Part shown: in pieces, positions 50,449-60,279 of the stretch
Position numbering within the stretch: the stretch's first letter is position 1
Layout of the letters: every line of letters begins with the position of its first letter
Assembly: GCA_021162785.1 (NCBI GenBank)
Contig: JAGGYA010000018.1
Span: 1 to 61,924 of the forward strand
Direction of reading: 5' to 3'
DNA: 61,924 bases
DNA from: Candidatus Calescamantes bacterium
GTDB lineage: Bacteria > CAIJMQ01 > JAADFP01
Made by a program: the position numbers and the translations under genes
Notes under the pieces: generated by a model
The model's input: only the letters and a program-made list of their open reading frames with translations
Told to the model about the DNA's origin: nothing
Database searches by the model: none

Positions 50449-52569
50449 TTAACGACGTGTCTTTTTGCGGAAAGGAGGAGGGGGAGAGGGGGGTTTCTCT
50501 AAAAGTTCCTTCCGAGAAAGGTTTATTCTTCCCATTTCATCAATATTTATCACCTTTACTTTAACTTCGTCTCCTTCTTTAAAGTAATCTTTTATATTTC
50601 TAACAAATCCGTGGGTAATTTGTGATATATGAAGTAACCCTTCCACACCAGGGAAAATCTCCACAAATGCGCCAAATGGAGTAATACGAGTAACTCTACC
50701 CGTATAAACCTCTCCCACTTCTACTTCACGAATACAATCCTTTATCATCTCCATAGCTTTCTTCAAGGAATCCTTACTTTGTGCCTCTACAGTGACTTTC
50801 CCCACCAGGTCATCCACAAAAATCTTTACACCCGTCTCAGCAATAATTCTTCTTATAGTCTTTCCCCCGGGACCTATCACATTGCCTATTTTGTCCACAG
50901 GAACTTCCATTACCCCAATGTGAGGAGCATAGGGTGAAATATTTGGACGAGGGGAAGGAATAGTATCCCGCATGATCTCCAGAACTTTCAGCCTTGCTTC
51001 ACGGTTTCTTCTGAAAGCTTCCTTCAAAGTTTCCATGCTTACACCTTTAACCTTAATATCCATCTGGATAGCAGTTATTCCTTTTTCTGTTCCGGCTATT
51101 TTCAAATCCATATCTCCATATTTATCCTCAAGTCCAAGTATATCTGTAAGAATAATCTCCTTATCCCCTTCCTTAACCAACCCCATTGCCACACCAGCTA
51201 CAGGAACCTTAATGGGTACTCCTGCATCCATAAGTGCAAGACTTCCACCACATACTGTAGCCATGGATGAAGACCCGTTAGATTCAAGAATGTCGGAAAC
51301 CAGTCTCACAGTATAGGGGAAACTTTCCCAATCAGGCATCACAGGTTTAAGTGCCCTCTCTGCAAGCCATCCATGGCCAATTTCTCTTCTACCCGGCCCT
51401 CGAATAGGTCTCACTTCTCCAACACTAAAAGGTGGAAAATTATAATGGAGCATAAAAGTCTTGGTAGTATCCTCTCCCCATAATGCTTCCATCACTTGTT
51501 CATCCTCCTTACTACCCAGGGTAGCTACCACAAGTGCTTGGGTCTCCCCCCGGGTGAAGAGAGCTGATCCATGTGTTCGAGGGAGGACTCCTACTTCACA
51601 GGTAACTGGCCGGAGGTCCTCCGGCCTTCTTCCATCCACCCTTTCTCCCTTTAAAATTTTCTCTCTGACCTCTCTTCCCTCCACTACAGAGAAGGCACGT
51701 AAGATAAGGCATTCAGGATAAACTTCGGCAAATTCTTTTTTAAGGTTTTCCTTTAACTCCTCTATCTTCTTCTCCCGCATTTTCTTATAGGGTATCTCGT
51801 TTGCTTTTCTAATTCCATCCAGAGCAAGTTCTTCCACCTTTTGCATAAGTTCCTCAGGAATAGGAACAGGCTCTATTTCCTTTTTTTCTTTTCCCACCCT
51901 TTCTCTTAATTCTTCAATGAGCAGGGATACTTCTTCACATATTTCTTTACCAATTTCCAGAGCTTCCAGGATTTCTTCTTCAGGAACTTCTCTTGCTTCT
52001 CCTTCCACCATTAGTATTCCATCTTTCCAACCGCAGATAACCAGATCCATAGCACCTTGTTCTCTTTCCTCATGGGTAGGGAATATCTTGAATCTTCCTC
52101 CCACTTTTCCAATCCTCACTGCTCCAATGGGTTTTGGGAAAGGCAAATCTGAGACAGCCAAGGCTGCAGAAGCTCCAATAATCCCCAGAATTTGAGGATC
52201 GTTAAATTCATCTACGGATAGGGCAGTAGCAACAATCTGCACTTCCAGAGGTAGCCCTTCATCAAAAAGAGGTCTCAGAGGGCGATCAATTAGACGGGAA
52301 GAAACAATTTCTTTTTCGGAGGGTCTTCCCTCTCTTTTGAAAAAACCTCCCGGGATCTTACCTCCAGCATAGGTTCGTTCACGGTACTCAACAGTAAGAG
52401 GGAAAAAATCCGGCATTTCTTCTACTTCCATTTCTCTACCCACACAGGCAACAAGCACAACCGTGTCTCTATAGCGGACCCATACTGCACCATTAGCCTG
52501 TTTGGCAATCTTTCCCGCCTGGAGAATAAGTTTTTCTCCCCCAATAATTCCTTCGACTTTTGCCTCCAT
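50449..52569 (-). CDS. pnp: Polyribonucleotide nucleotidyltransferase
   Basis: FFPLTV.Y.E, IPGGF.KREG, HGSALFTRGETQ, ESNGSSSMA, GDMD.K, KH and S1 domains. Confidence 0.98.
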   Translation of the reverse strand: MEAKVEGIIGGEKLILQAGKIAKQANGAVWVRYRDTVVLVACVGREMEVEEMPDFFPLTVEYRERTYAGGKIPGGFFKREGRPSEKEIVSSRLIDRPLRPLFDEGLPLEVQIVATALSVDEFNDPQILGIIGASAALAVSDLPFPKPIGAVRIGKVGGRFKIFPTHEEREQGAMDLVICGWKDGILMVEGEAREVPEEEILEALEIGKEICEEVSLLIEELRERVGKEKKEIEPVPIPEELMQKVEELALDGIRKANEIPYKKMREKKIEELKENLKKEFAEVYPECLILRAFSVVEGREVREKILKGERVDGRRPEDLRPVTCEVGVLPRTHGSALFTRGETQALVVATLGSKEDEQVMEALWGEDTTKTFMLHYNFPPFSVGEVRPIRGPGRREIGHGWLAERALKPVMPDWESFPYTVRLVSDILESNGSSSMATVCGGSLALMDAGVPIKVPVAGVAMGLVKEGDKEIILTDILGLEDKYGDMDLKIAGTEKGITAIQMDIKVKGVSMETLKEAFRRNREARLKVLEIMRDTIPSPRPNISPYAPHIGVMEVPVDKIGNVIGPGGKTIRRIIAETGVKIFVDDLVGKVTVEAQSKDSLKKAMEMIKDCIREVEVGEVYTGRVTRITPFGAFVEIFPGVEGLLHISQITHGFVRNIKDYFKEGDEVKVKVINIDEMGRINLSRKELLEKPPSPPPPFRKKTRR

Positions 52570-52570
52570 A

Positions 52571-54298
52571 TTAGTTTTTCTCCTTTATTTTCAATTTTAA
52601 TTCTTCCACCAACTCTTTCAACTCCATAACCCTTTGACCTTTCTTCCTTTCCCTCACTGCCACTTTTCCCGTTTCCTCCTCTTTCTTGCCCACTACTACA
52701 AGATAGGGAACTTTCTTAAGTTCACCATCCCTGATTTTATATCCAAGAGTGGCATCTCTTCTATCGATTTCCACTCGAATTCCTTCATCAAACAGTGTTT
52801 TATATACCTTCTCCGCGTAGGGGAGATAGGTTTCCGAAACTGGTAGCACTCTTACCTGTAAAGGGGCAAGCCAGAAAGGCAGATCACCTCCATAAAATTC
52901 TATAAGGGTCCCTACAAATCTCTCCATAGCTCCCAGAACCACACGGTGTATCATCACTACATAATGTTCCTTCCCATCCTCTCCCACATAGGTAACTTCG
53001 AATTTTCGTGGTAGATTAAAATCAAACTGAACCGTGGGACCCTGCCACAATCTTCCCAAAGCATCCTCCATCTTTATATCTATCTTGGGGCCATAAAAGA
53101 CCCCTTCTCCTTCCTCTATTTCATACTTTATCCCTTTACTCTCCAGCACCTCTTTCAGGGTATTTTCTGCTCTATCCCAGTCTTCCAGTTCACCTGCATA
53201 TTTCTCCGGTCTTGTAGAAAGGAAGGCTCGATAAGGGAATTTAAATATCTTCATCATGTAATCAATAAAGTCAATCACTCCTTCTATTTCCTCTTTAACC
53301 TGGGAAGGTGTGCAGAAGATATGAGCATCATCTTGTGTGAATCCCCTAACTCTCAACATCCCGTGAAGAACACCGCTTTTTTCGTATCTGTAAACTGTTC
53401 CCATCTCTGCAAACCTCAAGGGGAGATCCCTGTAACTCCTCTTTTTGCTTTTGTAAATAAGTATATGTCCAGGACAATTCATGGGTTTTAGGATATATTC
53501 TGCTTCAGGCAATTCCATAGGTGGGAACATGTTTTCTCTATAAAACTCCCAGTGCCCACTTCTAACCCAGAGTTCTTTACGCATAATATGAGGAGTGTAA
53601 ACAATCTGGTAACCCCTTTTCCGGTGTTCTTCATACCAGAATTCCTCTATAACTCTCCTTATTACCGCTCCTTTTGGATGCCAGAAGATAAGTCCTGCAC
53701 CTGCTTCTTCTTGAAGGCTGAAAAGATCCAGTTCCTTTCCCACAACCCGATGATCCCTCTTTTTGGCTTCTTCAAGTTTTCTTAAGTAATCCTCAAGTTC
53801 TTCCTGAGAGAAAAAAGCGGTTCCGTAAATCCTCTGAAGCATTGGATTTTTCTCATCACCCCTCCAGTAAGCCCCAGCAACTGAGAGAAGTTTGAAATAC
53901 TTAACCTCACCAGTACTTTTTACATGAGGGCCTCTGCATAGATCCACAAATTCCCCATCTTCATAAAGAGAAACTTCTTGAGCGGGTATTTCTTCCAGAA
54001 GTTCAAGCTTATACTTCTCTCCTTTCTCCCGGAAAAATCTTTTTGCCTCCTCCTTAGGTACTACTTTTTTTATGAAGGGGAAATCTTCCTCTACAATTTT
54101 TCTCATCTCCTCCTCAATCTTTTCCAAATCTTCCGGGGTGAAGGGACGAGGCACATCAAAATCATAATAGAAACCATCCTTGATGGGTGGACCTATGCCC
54201 AGACGTGCTTCAGGGAACAACCTTTTTACCGCCTGAGCAAGGATATGAGAAGCAGAATGTCTTAGAATTTCCAGTTCATCTACCTTTTTCTCATTCAT
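52571..54298 (-). CDS. thrS: Threonine--tRNA ligase (short form lacking the TGS domain)
   Basis: RHS.SH, DLCRGPH, AGAYWRG, RDHR, KPMNCP.H, RVRGFTQDDAH, FYGPKID. Confidence 0.97.
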   Translation of the reverse strand: MNEKKVDELEILRHSASHILAQAVKRLFPEARLGIGPPIKDGFYYDFDVPRPFTPEDLEKIEEEMRKIVEEDFPFIKKVVPKEEAKRFFREKGEKYKLELLEEIPAQEVSLYEDGEFVDLCRGPHVKSTGEVKYFKLLSVAGAYWRGDEKNPMLQRIYGTAFFSQEELEDYLRKLEEAKKRDHRVVGKELDLFSLQEEAGAGLIFWHPKGAVIRRVIEEFWYEEHRKRGYQIVYTPHIMRKELWVRSGHWEFYRENMFPPMELPEAEYILKPMNCPGHILIYKSKKRSYRDLPLRFAEMGTVYRYEKSGVLHGMLRVRGFTQDDAHIFCTPSQVKEEIEGVIDFIDYMMKIFKFPYRAFLSTRPEKYAGELEDWDRAENTLKEVLESKGIKYEIEEGEGVFYGPKIDIKMEDALGRLWQGPTVQFDFNLPRKFEVTYVGEDGKEHYVVMIHRVVLGAMERFVGTLIEFYGGDLPFWLAPLQVRVLPVSETYLPYAEKVYKTLFDEGIRVEIDRRDATLGYKIRDGELKKVPYLVVVGKKEEETGKVAVRERKKGQRVMELKELVEELKLKIKEKN

Positions 54299-54328
54299 GG
54301 AATATTTTACCAGAACACTTTAAAGTGC

Positions 54329-55213
54329 TTACTTTCTCTTTTTTCTCTTCTCTTTTCTCCAAACTAAGACAAGTGGAGAGGCAATAAATATAGAAGAGTA
54401 AGTTCCTATCACTATTCCAACTGCTATGGCAAAGGAAAAATCTTTAATGTTGGCTGAACCTAAGAAGTATAGAGAGAGAACCGCAAGCAAAGTGGTAAGG
54501 GAGGTAAGAATGGTTCGGGAAAGGGTCTGATTTATGCTGGCATTTATTATTCTCTCCAGTGGTTCCCCTCTCATAAGTTTCAAATTCTCACGGATGCGGT
54601 CAAATACAACAATGGTATCATTAACAGAATAACCAACAATGGTAAGGAAAGCAGCAATTAAAGGCACGGAAAGTTTCCTTCCCGCAAGAATACACATTCC
54701 CACAGTAATAATCACATCATGGAAAAGGGTCAAAACTGCTGAAGTACCAAAAATCCATTCAAATCTCCAACCCAGATAAAAGAGCATACCTGCCAGGGCA
54801 AAAATAACTGCTAAAGTAGCCTGTTTCCTTAAAAGTTTCCCTACCACAGGGCCAATACTTCTCTCTTCTCTTATATCCGGGGAATACTCCTTAAATGTTT
54901 CTTTAATTTTCTCTCTTATCTTTGCTATAAATTCTGAACGGGTGCGGATGATAAAACCTCTATTACCTTCGTAGGACTGGATACTCGCTTCCACATTTGT
55001 TTCTTTAATTAACTTTCTAACTTCTTCAATAGGCACTGGTTTGGAAAAATAAATATTAAGTAAACCGCCACCGGTAAAGTCTATACCTAAGGAATCTTTC
55101 CCTTTAAAGAAAAAGGAGAAAATGCTAAGTATTATAAGGAAAAGAGAAAGACGATACCCTATTTTCCTCAATCCCATAAAGTCAATATTTGGAACTTTCT
55201 TTATTATCTTCAT
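54329..55213 (-). CDS. secF: Protein translocase subunit SecF
   Basis: GIDFTGG, GP.VG, HDV, GYSVNDTIVVFDRIRE, GTYSSIFIA. Confidence 0.96.
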   Translation of the reverse strand: MKIIKKVPNIDFMGLRKIGYRLSLFLIILSIFSFFFKGKDSLGIDFTGGGLLNIYFSKPVPIEEVRKLIKETNVEASIQSYEGNRGFIIRTRSEFIAKIREKIKETFKEYSPDIREERSIGPVVGKLLRKQATLAVIFALAGMLFYLGWRFEWIFGTSAVLTLFHDVIITVGMCILAGRKLSVPLIAAFLTIVGYSVNDTIVVFDRIRENLKLMRGEPLERIINASINQTLSRTILTSLTTLLAVLSLYFLGSANIKDFSFAIAVGIVIGTYSSIFIASPLVLVWRKEKRKKRK

Positions 55214-56517
55214 TATTCTATGGGAATACCTCTTGCCTTCCTTACATGTATGAGGTAATCAAATACCACTTTGGTGAAGACTATGGCAGTAAACATACTA
55301 CAAATGATACCTAAGGATAGTGTTACTGCAAACCCCTTCACTGGCCCAGTTCCAAAATAGAAAAGCATGAGTGCAGCAATAAGTGTGGTAATGTTAGCAT
55401 CTGCAATGGTCAGGAACGCTCTTTTATAACCTGTATCTAAGGCCACCCTTATGGTCTTCTTCTTTGCCAGTTCTTCCCTTATTCTCTCAAATATTAAAAC
55501 ATTAGCATCCACACTCATTCCAATGGTTAGAATGATACCTGCAATCCCTGGTAGAGTAAGAGTGGCATGGAGACCAGCCAGTGCTCCCATAAGCATTATA
55601 AGATTTAGAAAAAGGGCTATGTCTGCAATTATTCCAGCAAAGGAGTAGTAAACCGCCATGAAGATAACCACAAGAATCCCTCCCACTACAGCAGCCCTCA
55701 AACCCTTCCGGATAGCATCCTCACCCAAGGTGGGGCCAACAGTGAGGGTGGAGAGAACTTTAATGGGAGCTGGGAGTGCACCAGCTCTAAGCACCAGTGC
55801 AAGATCGCTTGCTTCTTTAATAGTAAATCTACCTGTTATTACTGCTTCCCCTGAAGGTATCTTTTCTTTTATCCTTGGAGCAGATTGAACTTTTCCGTCT
55901 AAAACTATAGCTAAAAGTTTACCCACATTTTCTCCGGTTATTCTGGAAAATAGTCTTGCCCCTTTCCTATTAAATTTAAGTCTTACTTCTGGCTGGCCAA
56001 ATCTTCCAAAATCCATGTAAGCATTTACCAGGTATTTACCTGTAAGAACCGCTTTTTTCCTCAGTAGAATAGGTGTTCTCTTCCCATTTTCCTCAAGGTA
56101 TTTCAACTCGTAACCTTCAGGGACTTTCCCTTCCAAGGCCTGGTGTAAGAGATCAGGATCGCTTTCAACCAGTTTGAATTCCAGCTGAGCTGTCTGCCCT
56201 ATGATTTTAAGTGCTCTTTCAGTATCCACAACACCTGGAAGTTGCACAATTATCTGATCTTCCCCCTGTCTCTGAATCACAGGTTCGGATACTCCAAATT
56301 CATCTACTCTATTTCTAATAATTTTCAAAGCCAAATCCACTGCATTTTTTCTATCCTCCTTGGGGACCTTTTCCACCTCCACACGGAGAACTATGTGCAT
56401 TCCCCCTTTTAAGTCCAGTCCCCTTCGGATCTTTTTTTCTGGAGGATAAAAACTCCAGAGAGCAAGACCAACAACCAAAACTATAAGAATTACTCTATAG
56501 AGGATGCTTTTTTCCAT
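55213..56517 (-). CDS. secD: Protein translocase subunit SecD
   Basis: GLDLKGG, RVD.FGVSEP, AIVLD, LRAGALPA, GPTLG, GMSVDANVLI.ERI.EE. Confidence 0.97.
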   Translation of the reverse strand: MEKSILYRVILIVLVVGLALWSFYPPEKKIRRGLDLKGGMHIVLRVEVEKVPKEDRKNAVDLALKIIRNRVDEFGVSEPVIQRQGEDQIIVQLPGVVDTERALKIIGQTAQLEFKLVESDPDLLHQALEGKVPEGYELKYLEENGKRTPILLRKKAVLTGKYLVNAYMDFGRFGQPEVRLKFNRKGARLFSRITGENVGKLLAIVLDGKVQSAPRIKEKIPSGEAVITGRFTIKEASDLALVLRAGALPAPIKVLSTLTVGPTLGEDAIRKGLRAAVVGGILVVIFMAVYYSFAGIIADIALFLNLIMLMGALAGLHATLTLPGIAGIILTIGMSVDANVLIFERIREELAKKKTIRVALDTGYKRAFLTIADANITTLIAALMLFYFGTGPVKGFAVTLSLGIICSMFTAIVFTKVVFDYLIHVRKARGIPIE

Positions 56518-56559
56518 GGCCAGAGTTTAACACAGGTGAAGGAAAAGATTCAAGGTTTT

Positions 56560-57561
56560 TCAAAATATTCCAGGAATTTTGGTATTACAGAACTTGCATC
56601 TACCCTGTTTAATGTTTATCTCTGTGACTCTAAATCCATATCTCCCTATAATTAATTTTCCACAGGAAGGGCAATAAGTATTTTCCCCTTCTTCTCCAGG
56701 GATATTCCCCGTGTAAACAAACTTAAGTCCTTTACGCAAAGCCATTTCTCTTGCTTTCCTCAAAATAGAAGAAGGGGTAGGAGGGAGATCAAGCATTCTA
56801 TAAGCAGGATAAAAAGCAGTTATATGCCAGGGGATTTCATCACTTACACTCAGGATAAAATCCGCGATTTTCTCCAATTCCTCTAAGGAATCATTCTTGG
56901 TAGGAATGATGAGTGTTGTTACTTCTACCCATACCCCATTTACCTTAAGAAACTTAATGCTCTCTAAGACGGGAGAGAGTCTTCCTCCACAGATTTCACG
57001 ATAGAAATCTTCAGAAAAAGACTTAAGGTCTATATTTGCTGCATCCAGATAGGGCAAGATTTTCTCCCAGGTTCCTTTCTCAGCATATCCATTGGTTACA
57101 AAGATGTTTTTGAGCCCTTTTTCCTTAGCAATTTTTGCAGTATCCAAGGCAAATTCCATAAAAATTAAAGGTTCAGTATAAGTATAGGAAATGCTCCGGG
57201 CACCCCATCTCAAAGCTATGTCCACAACTTCTTCCGGAGTTCTTTCTCTTCCTGGTATATCACCCTGCTTCCACTGGGATATCTCCCAATTCTGACAATG
57301 AAGACAATGTAAATTACAGCCCACAGTAGCAATGGAGTAGGAAGTAGAAGCAGGATAAAGGTGGAATATAGGCTTTTTCTCTATGGGATCAAGATTCTCC
57401 GCTACCAGTCTCCCATAAACCAAACTGTAAAGTTTGCCACCCTGATTTTCCCTTACTCCACACACCCCTCTCCCACCTTGTGGTATCAAACAGTGATGTG
57501 GACAAAGAAAACATCTTACTTTCCCATCCTCCCCTTTTTCATAAAAAAGTGCTTCTTTCAT
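56560..57561 (-). CDS. amrS: AmmeMemoRadiSam-system radical SAM enzyme
   Basis: C.LCP..C, G.CGVR.N, DPIEKKP, GCNL.C..CQNW.IS, TY.EP, C-terminal CP.C...C..C. Confidence 0.9.
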   Translation of the reverse strand: MKEALFYEKGEDGKVRCFLCPHHCLIPQGGRGVCGVRENQGGKLYSLVYGRLVAENLDPIEKKPIFHLYPASTSYSIATVGCNLHCLHCQNWEISQWKQGDIPGRERTPEEVVDIALRWGARSISYTYTEPLIFMEFALDTAKIAKEKGLKNIFVTNGYAEKGTWEKILPYLDAANIDLKSFSEDFYREICGGRLSPVLESIKFLKVNGVWVEVTTLIIPTKNDSLEELEKIADFILSVSDEIPWHITAFYPAYRMLDLPPTPSSILRKAREMALRKGLKFVYTGNIPGEEGENTYCPSCGKLIIGRYGFRVTEINIKQGRCKFCNTKIPGIF

Positions 57562-57563
57562 TA

Positions 57564-58481
57564 TTAAGGCCTGGGATGAAGACCCGCCATTTCAACAATT
57601 TCAGGGACTACTTCTTCCCATTCAATTGCCATGATGTGGACTCCAGCCACTCCTTCCATCTCCTTCATTCTTTGGATAGTTTCCACAGCTATCTTGATCC
57701 CTTCCTTGGGGACCTCCTTCTTTGGAACTCCTTTTAGTCTTTCTATAATTTCATCAGGGATATCCATACCGGGGACTTTGTTTTTCATATATTTTGCTGC
57801 ACCCAAGGATTTTATAGGGGTTATTCCTGCAAGAATTTTCACCCTTTCATGAAGTCCCTCATCCCTCACGCGTTTCATCCATTCTTCGAATTTTTTAACA
57901 TTGAATACACATTGGGTTTGTATAAAATCAGCACCTGCTTCCACTTTTTTCTTAAGCCTCTCTACCCGATATTCAAAAGGATCTGCAAAAGGATTGGCTG
58001 CTGCTCCTATAAAGAGGCAAGGTTCTACCTCCATTTCATCTCCACTCTGGAACTTTTTCTCATCCCTCATAGTTTTCACTATCTGGATAAATTGAATGGA
58101 ATCCAAGTCATACACCCCTTTGGCACCTGGATGATTACCGAAGATTACATGATCCCCGGTAAGGCAAAGGATATTATGAATACCAAGAGCATAAACCCCC
58201 AGAACATCCATCTGAAGAGCAATACGGTTTCTGTCCCGGCAAGTCATCTGAACTATTGGATCAAGCCCTTCTTCTTTTCCAATAACACAGGCAGCCCAGC
58301 TGGCCATTCTCACCACCGCTGTTTGTCCATCGGTTACATTAAACGCATCCACATAACCCTTAAGGATTTTTGCTTTCCTCTTTATTTTTTCAGCATCCGC
58401 ATCCGTAGGAGGACCAAGTTCTGCAGTTACAGCAAAATGACCTTCTTCCAGGACTCTTTCCAAATTGCTCCTTGTCTTCAT
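57564..58481 (-). CDS. metF: Methylenetetrahydrofolate reductase
   Basis: VTAE.GPP, NVTD, Q.TCRDRNR.ALQ, LCLTGDH, KK..AGADFIQTQ, G.HIMA. Start at ATG 58481 fits SD spacing (track gives 58487). Confidence 0.9.
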   Translation of the reverse strand: MKTRSNLERVLEEGHFAVTAELGPPTDADAEKIKRKAKILKGYVDAFNVTDGQTAVVRMASWAACVIGKEEGLDPIVQMTCRDRNRIALQMDVLGVYALGIHNILCLTGDHVIFGNHPGAKGVYDLDSIQFIQIVKTMRDEKKFQSGDEMEVEPCLFIGAAANPFADPFEYRVERLKKKVEAGADFIQTQCVFNVKKFEEWMKRVRDEGLHERVKILAGITPIKSLGAAKYMKNKVPGMDIPDEIIERLKGVPKKEVPKEGIKIAVETIQRMKEMEGVAGVHIMAIEWEEVVPEIVEMAGLHPRP

Positions 58482-58519
58482 TTCCATCCTCCCTTATTTT
58501 AATATAGTTCTATAAACGA

Positions 58520-58957
58520 TTAAACCTCCATTATAATCGTTACCGGCCCCTCATTAACTAACTCTACGCTCATTTTCTCACCAAATTTACCTGTAAAAAC
58601 TGGGATCCCTTCCTCCTTAAGGTAATCACGCAACTTGTTAAAAAGGATTAATGCTTCCTCCCTTCCTGCCACTTTATCGAAAGAAGGCCTTCTCCCTTTC
58701 TCCACATCCGCATATAAAGTAAACTGGGAAACCAAGAGTATTTCACCACCCACATCTTTAAGACTTAGATTCAATTTTCCTTCTTTATCTTCAAAAATTC
58801 TCAGATTTGCAATTTTTTTTGCTAATTTCTTAGCTTTTTCTTCATCGTCACCTTTCTTCACCCCCACTAATACCAAAAATCCTTCCTCAATATTACTAAT
58901 TAATTCACCACCTACAATTACTTTAGCCCGAGATACTCTTTGGATTACTGCTTTCAT
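58520..58957 (-). CDS. dtd: D-aminoacyl-tRNA deacylase
   Basis: MKAVIQRV, LRIFED..GK.N, VSQFTL, G.RPSF, N.GPVT. Confidence 0.96.
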   Translation of the reverse strand: MKAVIQRVSRAKVIVGGELISNIEEGFLVLVGVKKGDDEEKAKKLAKKIANLRIFEDKEGKLNLSLKDVGGEILLVSQFTLYADVEKGRRPSFDKVAGREEALILFNKLRDYLKEEGIPVFTGKFGEKMSVELVNEGPVTIIMEV

Positions 58958-58960
58958 TAT

Positions 58961-59356
58961 TTAAAGATGCACAACCTTCCAGCCCCGACCTTCCAAAGCA
59001 CATGCAATGAATCTTCGATGACAACGGAAAAACAAACGCTCTGCACAAATGATTACCGTGGGGCCTTCTCTGGCTATCTCCTCTAATTTTTCAATACCCT
59101 TTTGAAATTCCTCACTTTCCATAAATTTCTCATAGCCACCCTTTCTATAGCCACCCAATTTATCTCCCAAATAAAAGTATTTAAAACCTTCTTTAGAGAG
59201 GATTTTCTCTAAATTTTCTTTTCTGAAATGCTCAAATTGGCTGGTAGGGAATCTCCTCACATCCACTATGTTTTTAATACCTTTATCTCTAAGAATTTTC
59301 AAAAATTCCTCTTCCCTACGATTGGAAGTTCCTAAGGTATAAATCATCTCTTCCAT
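58961..59356 (-). CDS. DUF488 family protein
   Basis: IYT.G.S.R, VDVRRFP.S, LGG.R, CAE....CHR. Start ATG 59356 or 59365. Confidence 0.88.
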   Translation of the reverse strand: MEEMIYTLGTSNRREEEFLKILRDKGIKNIVDVRRFPTSQFEHFRKENLEKILSKEGFKYFYLGDKLGGYRKGGYEKFMESEEFQKGIEKLEEIAREGPTVIICAERLFFRCHRRFIACALEGRGWKVVHL

Positions 59357-59439
59357 ATTAGCCATTTTATATCATTAAAACAGAAGAATTTTGAAATGTA
59401 AAAGATTTTCATTTAAGATTAAAGAAGAAATTAAATGGG

Positions 59440-60279
59440 ATGAAACTGAGTGTAATTATACCTGCACGAGACGAAGAAGAAAGTATTGGACAGGTCATTA
59501 GAGAAATCAAAAACGTCCTCCCAGAGAGTGAAATTATAGTGGTGAATGATGCTTCACGAGACTCCACCCCTTTAATTGCTCTCCGGGAAGGGGCTAAGGT
59601 TATCAATACTAATTCACCCCAGGGATACGGAAAAGCTCTTAAAATCGGGATAGGAGAAGCAAAATATCCGGTCATAGCTATTATTGATGGGGATGGGACC
59701 TACCCTGCTGACCTGCTCCCCTCGCTGGTGAAGGAAATAGGGAAATTCGATATGGTTATAGGTGCCAGAGACCCCAGAAAAATCCCCTGGTTGCGAAGAC
59801 CAGCAAAAGGATTGCTTCAGTTTCTCGCCAGTTACCTAATGGGACAAAAAATTCCTGACCTCAACTCGGGAATGAGAGTTTTTAAAAGAGAGATTATCCA
59901 AGAATTTTACCATCTTCTCCCTGATGGTTTTTCTTTCACTTCCACTTTAACTCTGGCTGCTTTAAGCGAAGGATATGGGGTAAAATTTGTCCCCATTCTC
60001 TACTTCCCAAGAAAGGGGCGTTCCAAAATAAATCCTCTCAGGGACACCTTTAACTTCTTCCTCCTTATAATCAGAACCATTTTATACTTCAATCCTTTAA
60101 AGGTATTTCTGCCTTTGAGTTTTTTCCTTCTTTCTTTGGGACTCTTTATTCTCCTCTATACTGCTCTGGTGCTGGGGAAGGTAATGGATATCACCAGTAT
60201 TGTGGTAATTCTCACCGGGGTTCAGGTGGGTGTTCTTGGATTGCTGGCTGATTTAATAGTAAGAAGACTCAAAAAATGA
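59440..60279 (+). CDS. Glycosyltransferase family 2 (DPM1-like, C-terminal TMs)
   Basis: SVIIPA..EE, VND.S.D, G.G.AL..G, D.DG.Y, D.NSG.R, R.G.SK. Confidence 0.9.
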   Translation: MKLSVIIPARDEEESIGQVIREIKNVLPESEIIVVNDASRDSTPLIALREGAKVINTNSPQGYGKALKIGIGEAKYPVIAIIDGDGTYPADLLPSLVKEIGKFDMVIGARDPRKIPWLRRPAKGLLQFLASYLMGQKIPDLNSGMRVFKREIIQEFYHLLPDGFSFTSTLTLAALSEGYGVKFVPILYFPRKGRSKINPLRDTFNFFLLIIRTILYFNPLKVFLPLSFFLLSLGLFILLYTALVLGKVMDITSIVVILTGVQVGVLGLLADLIVRRLKK

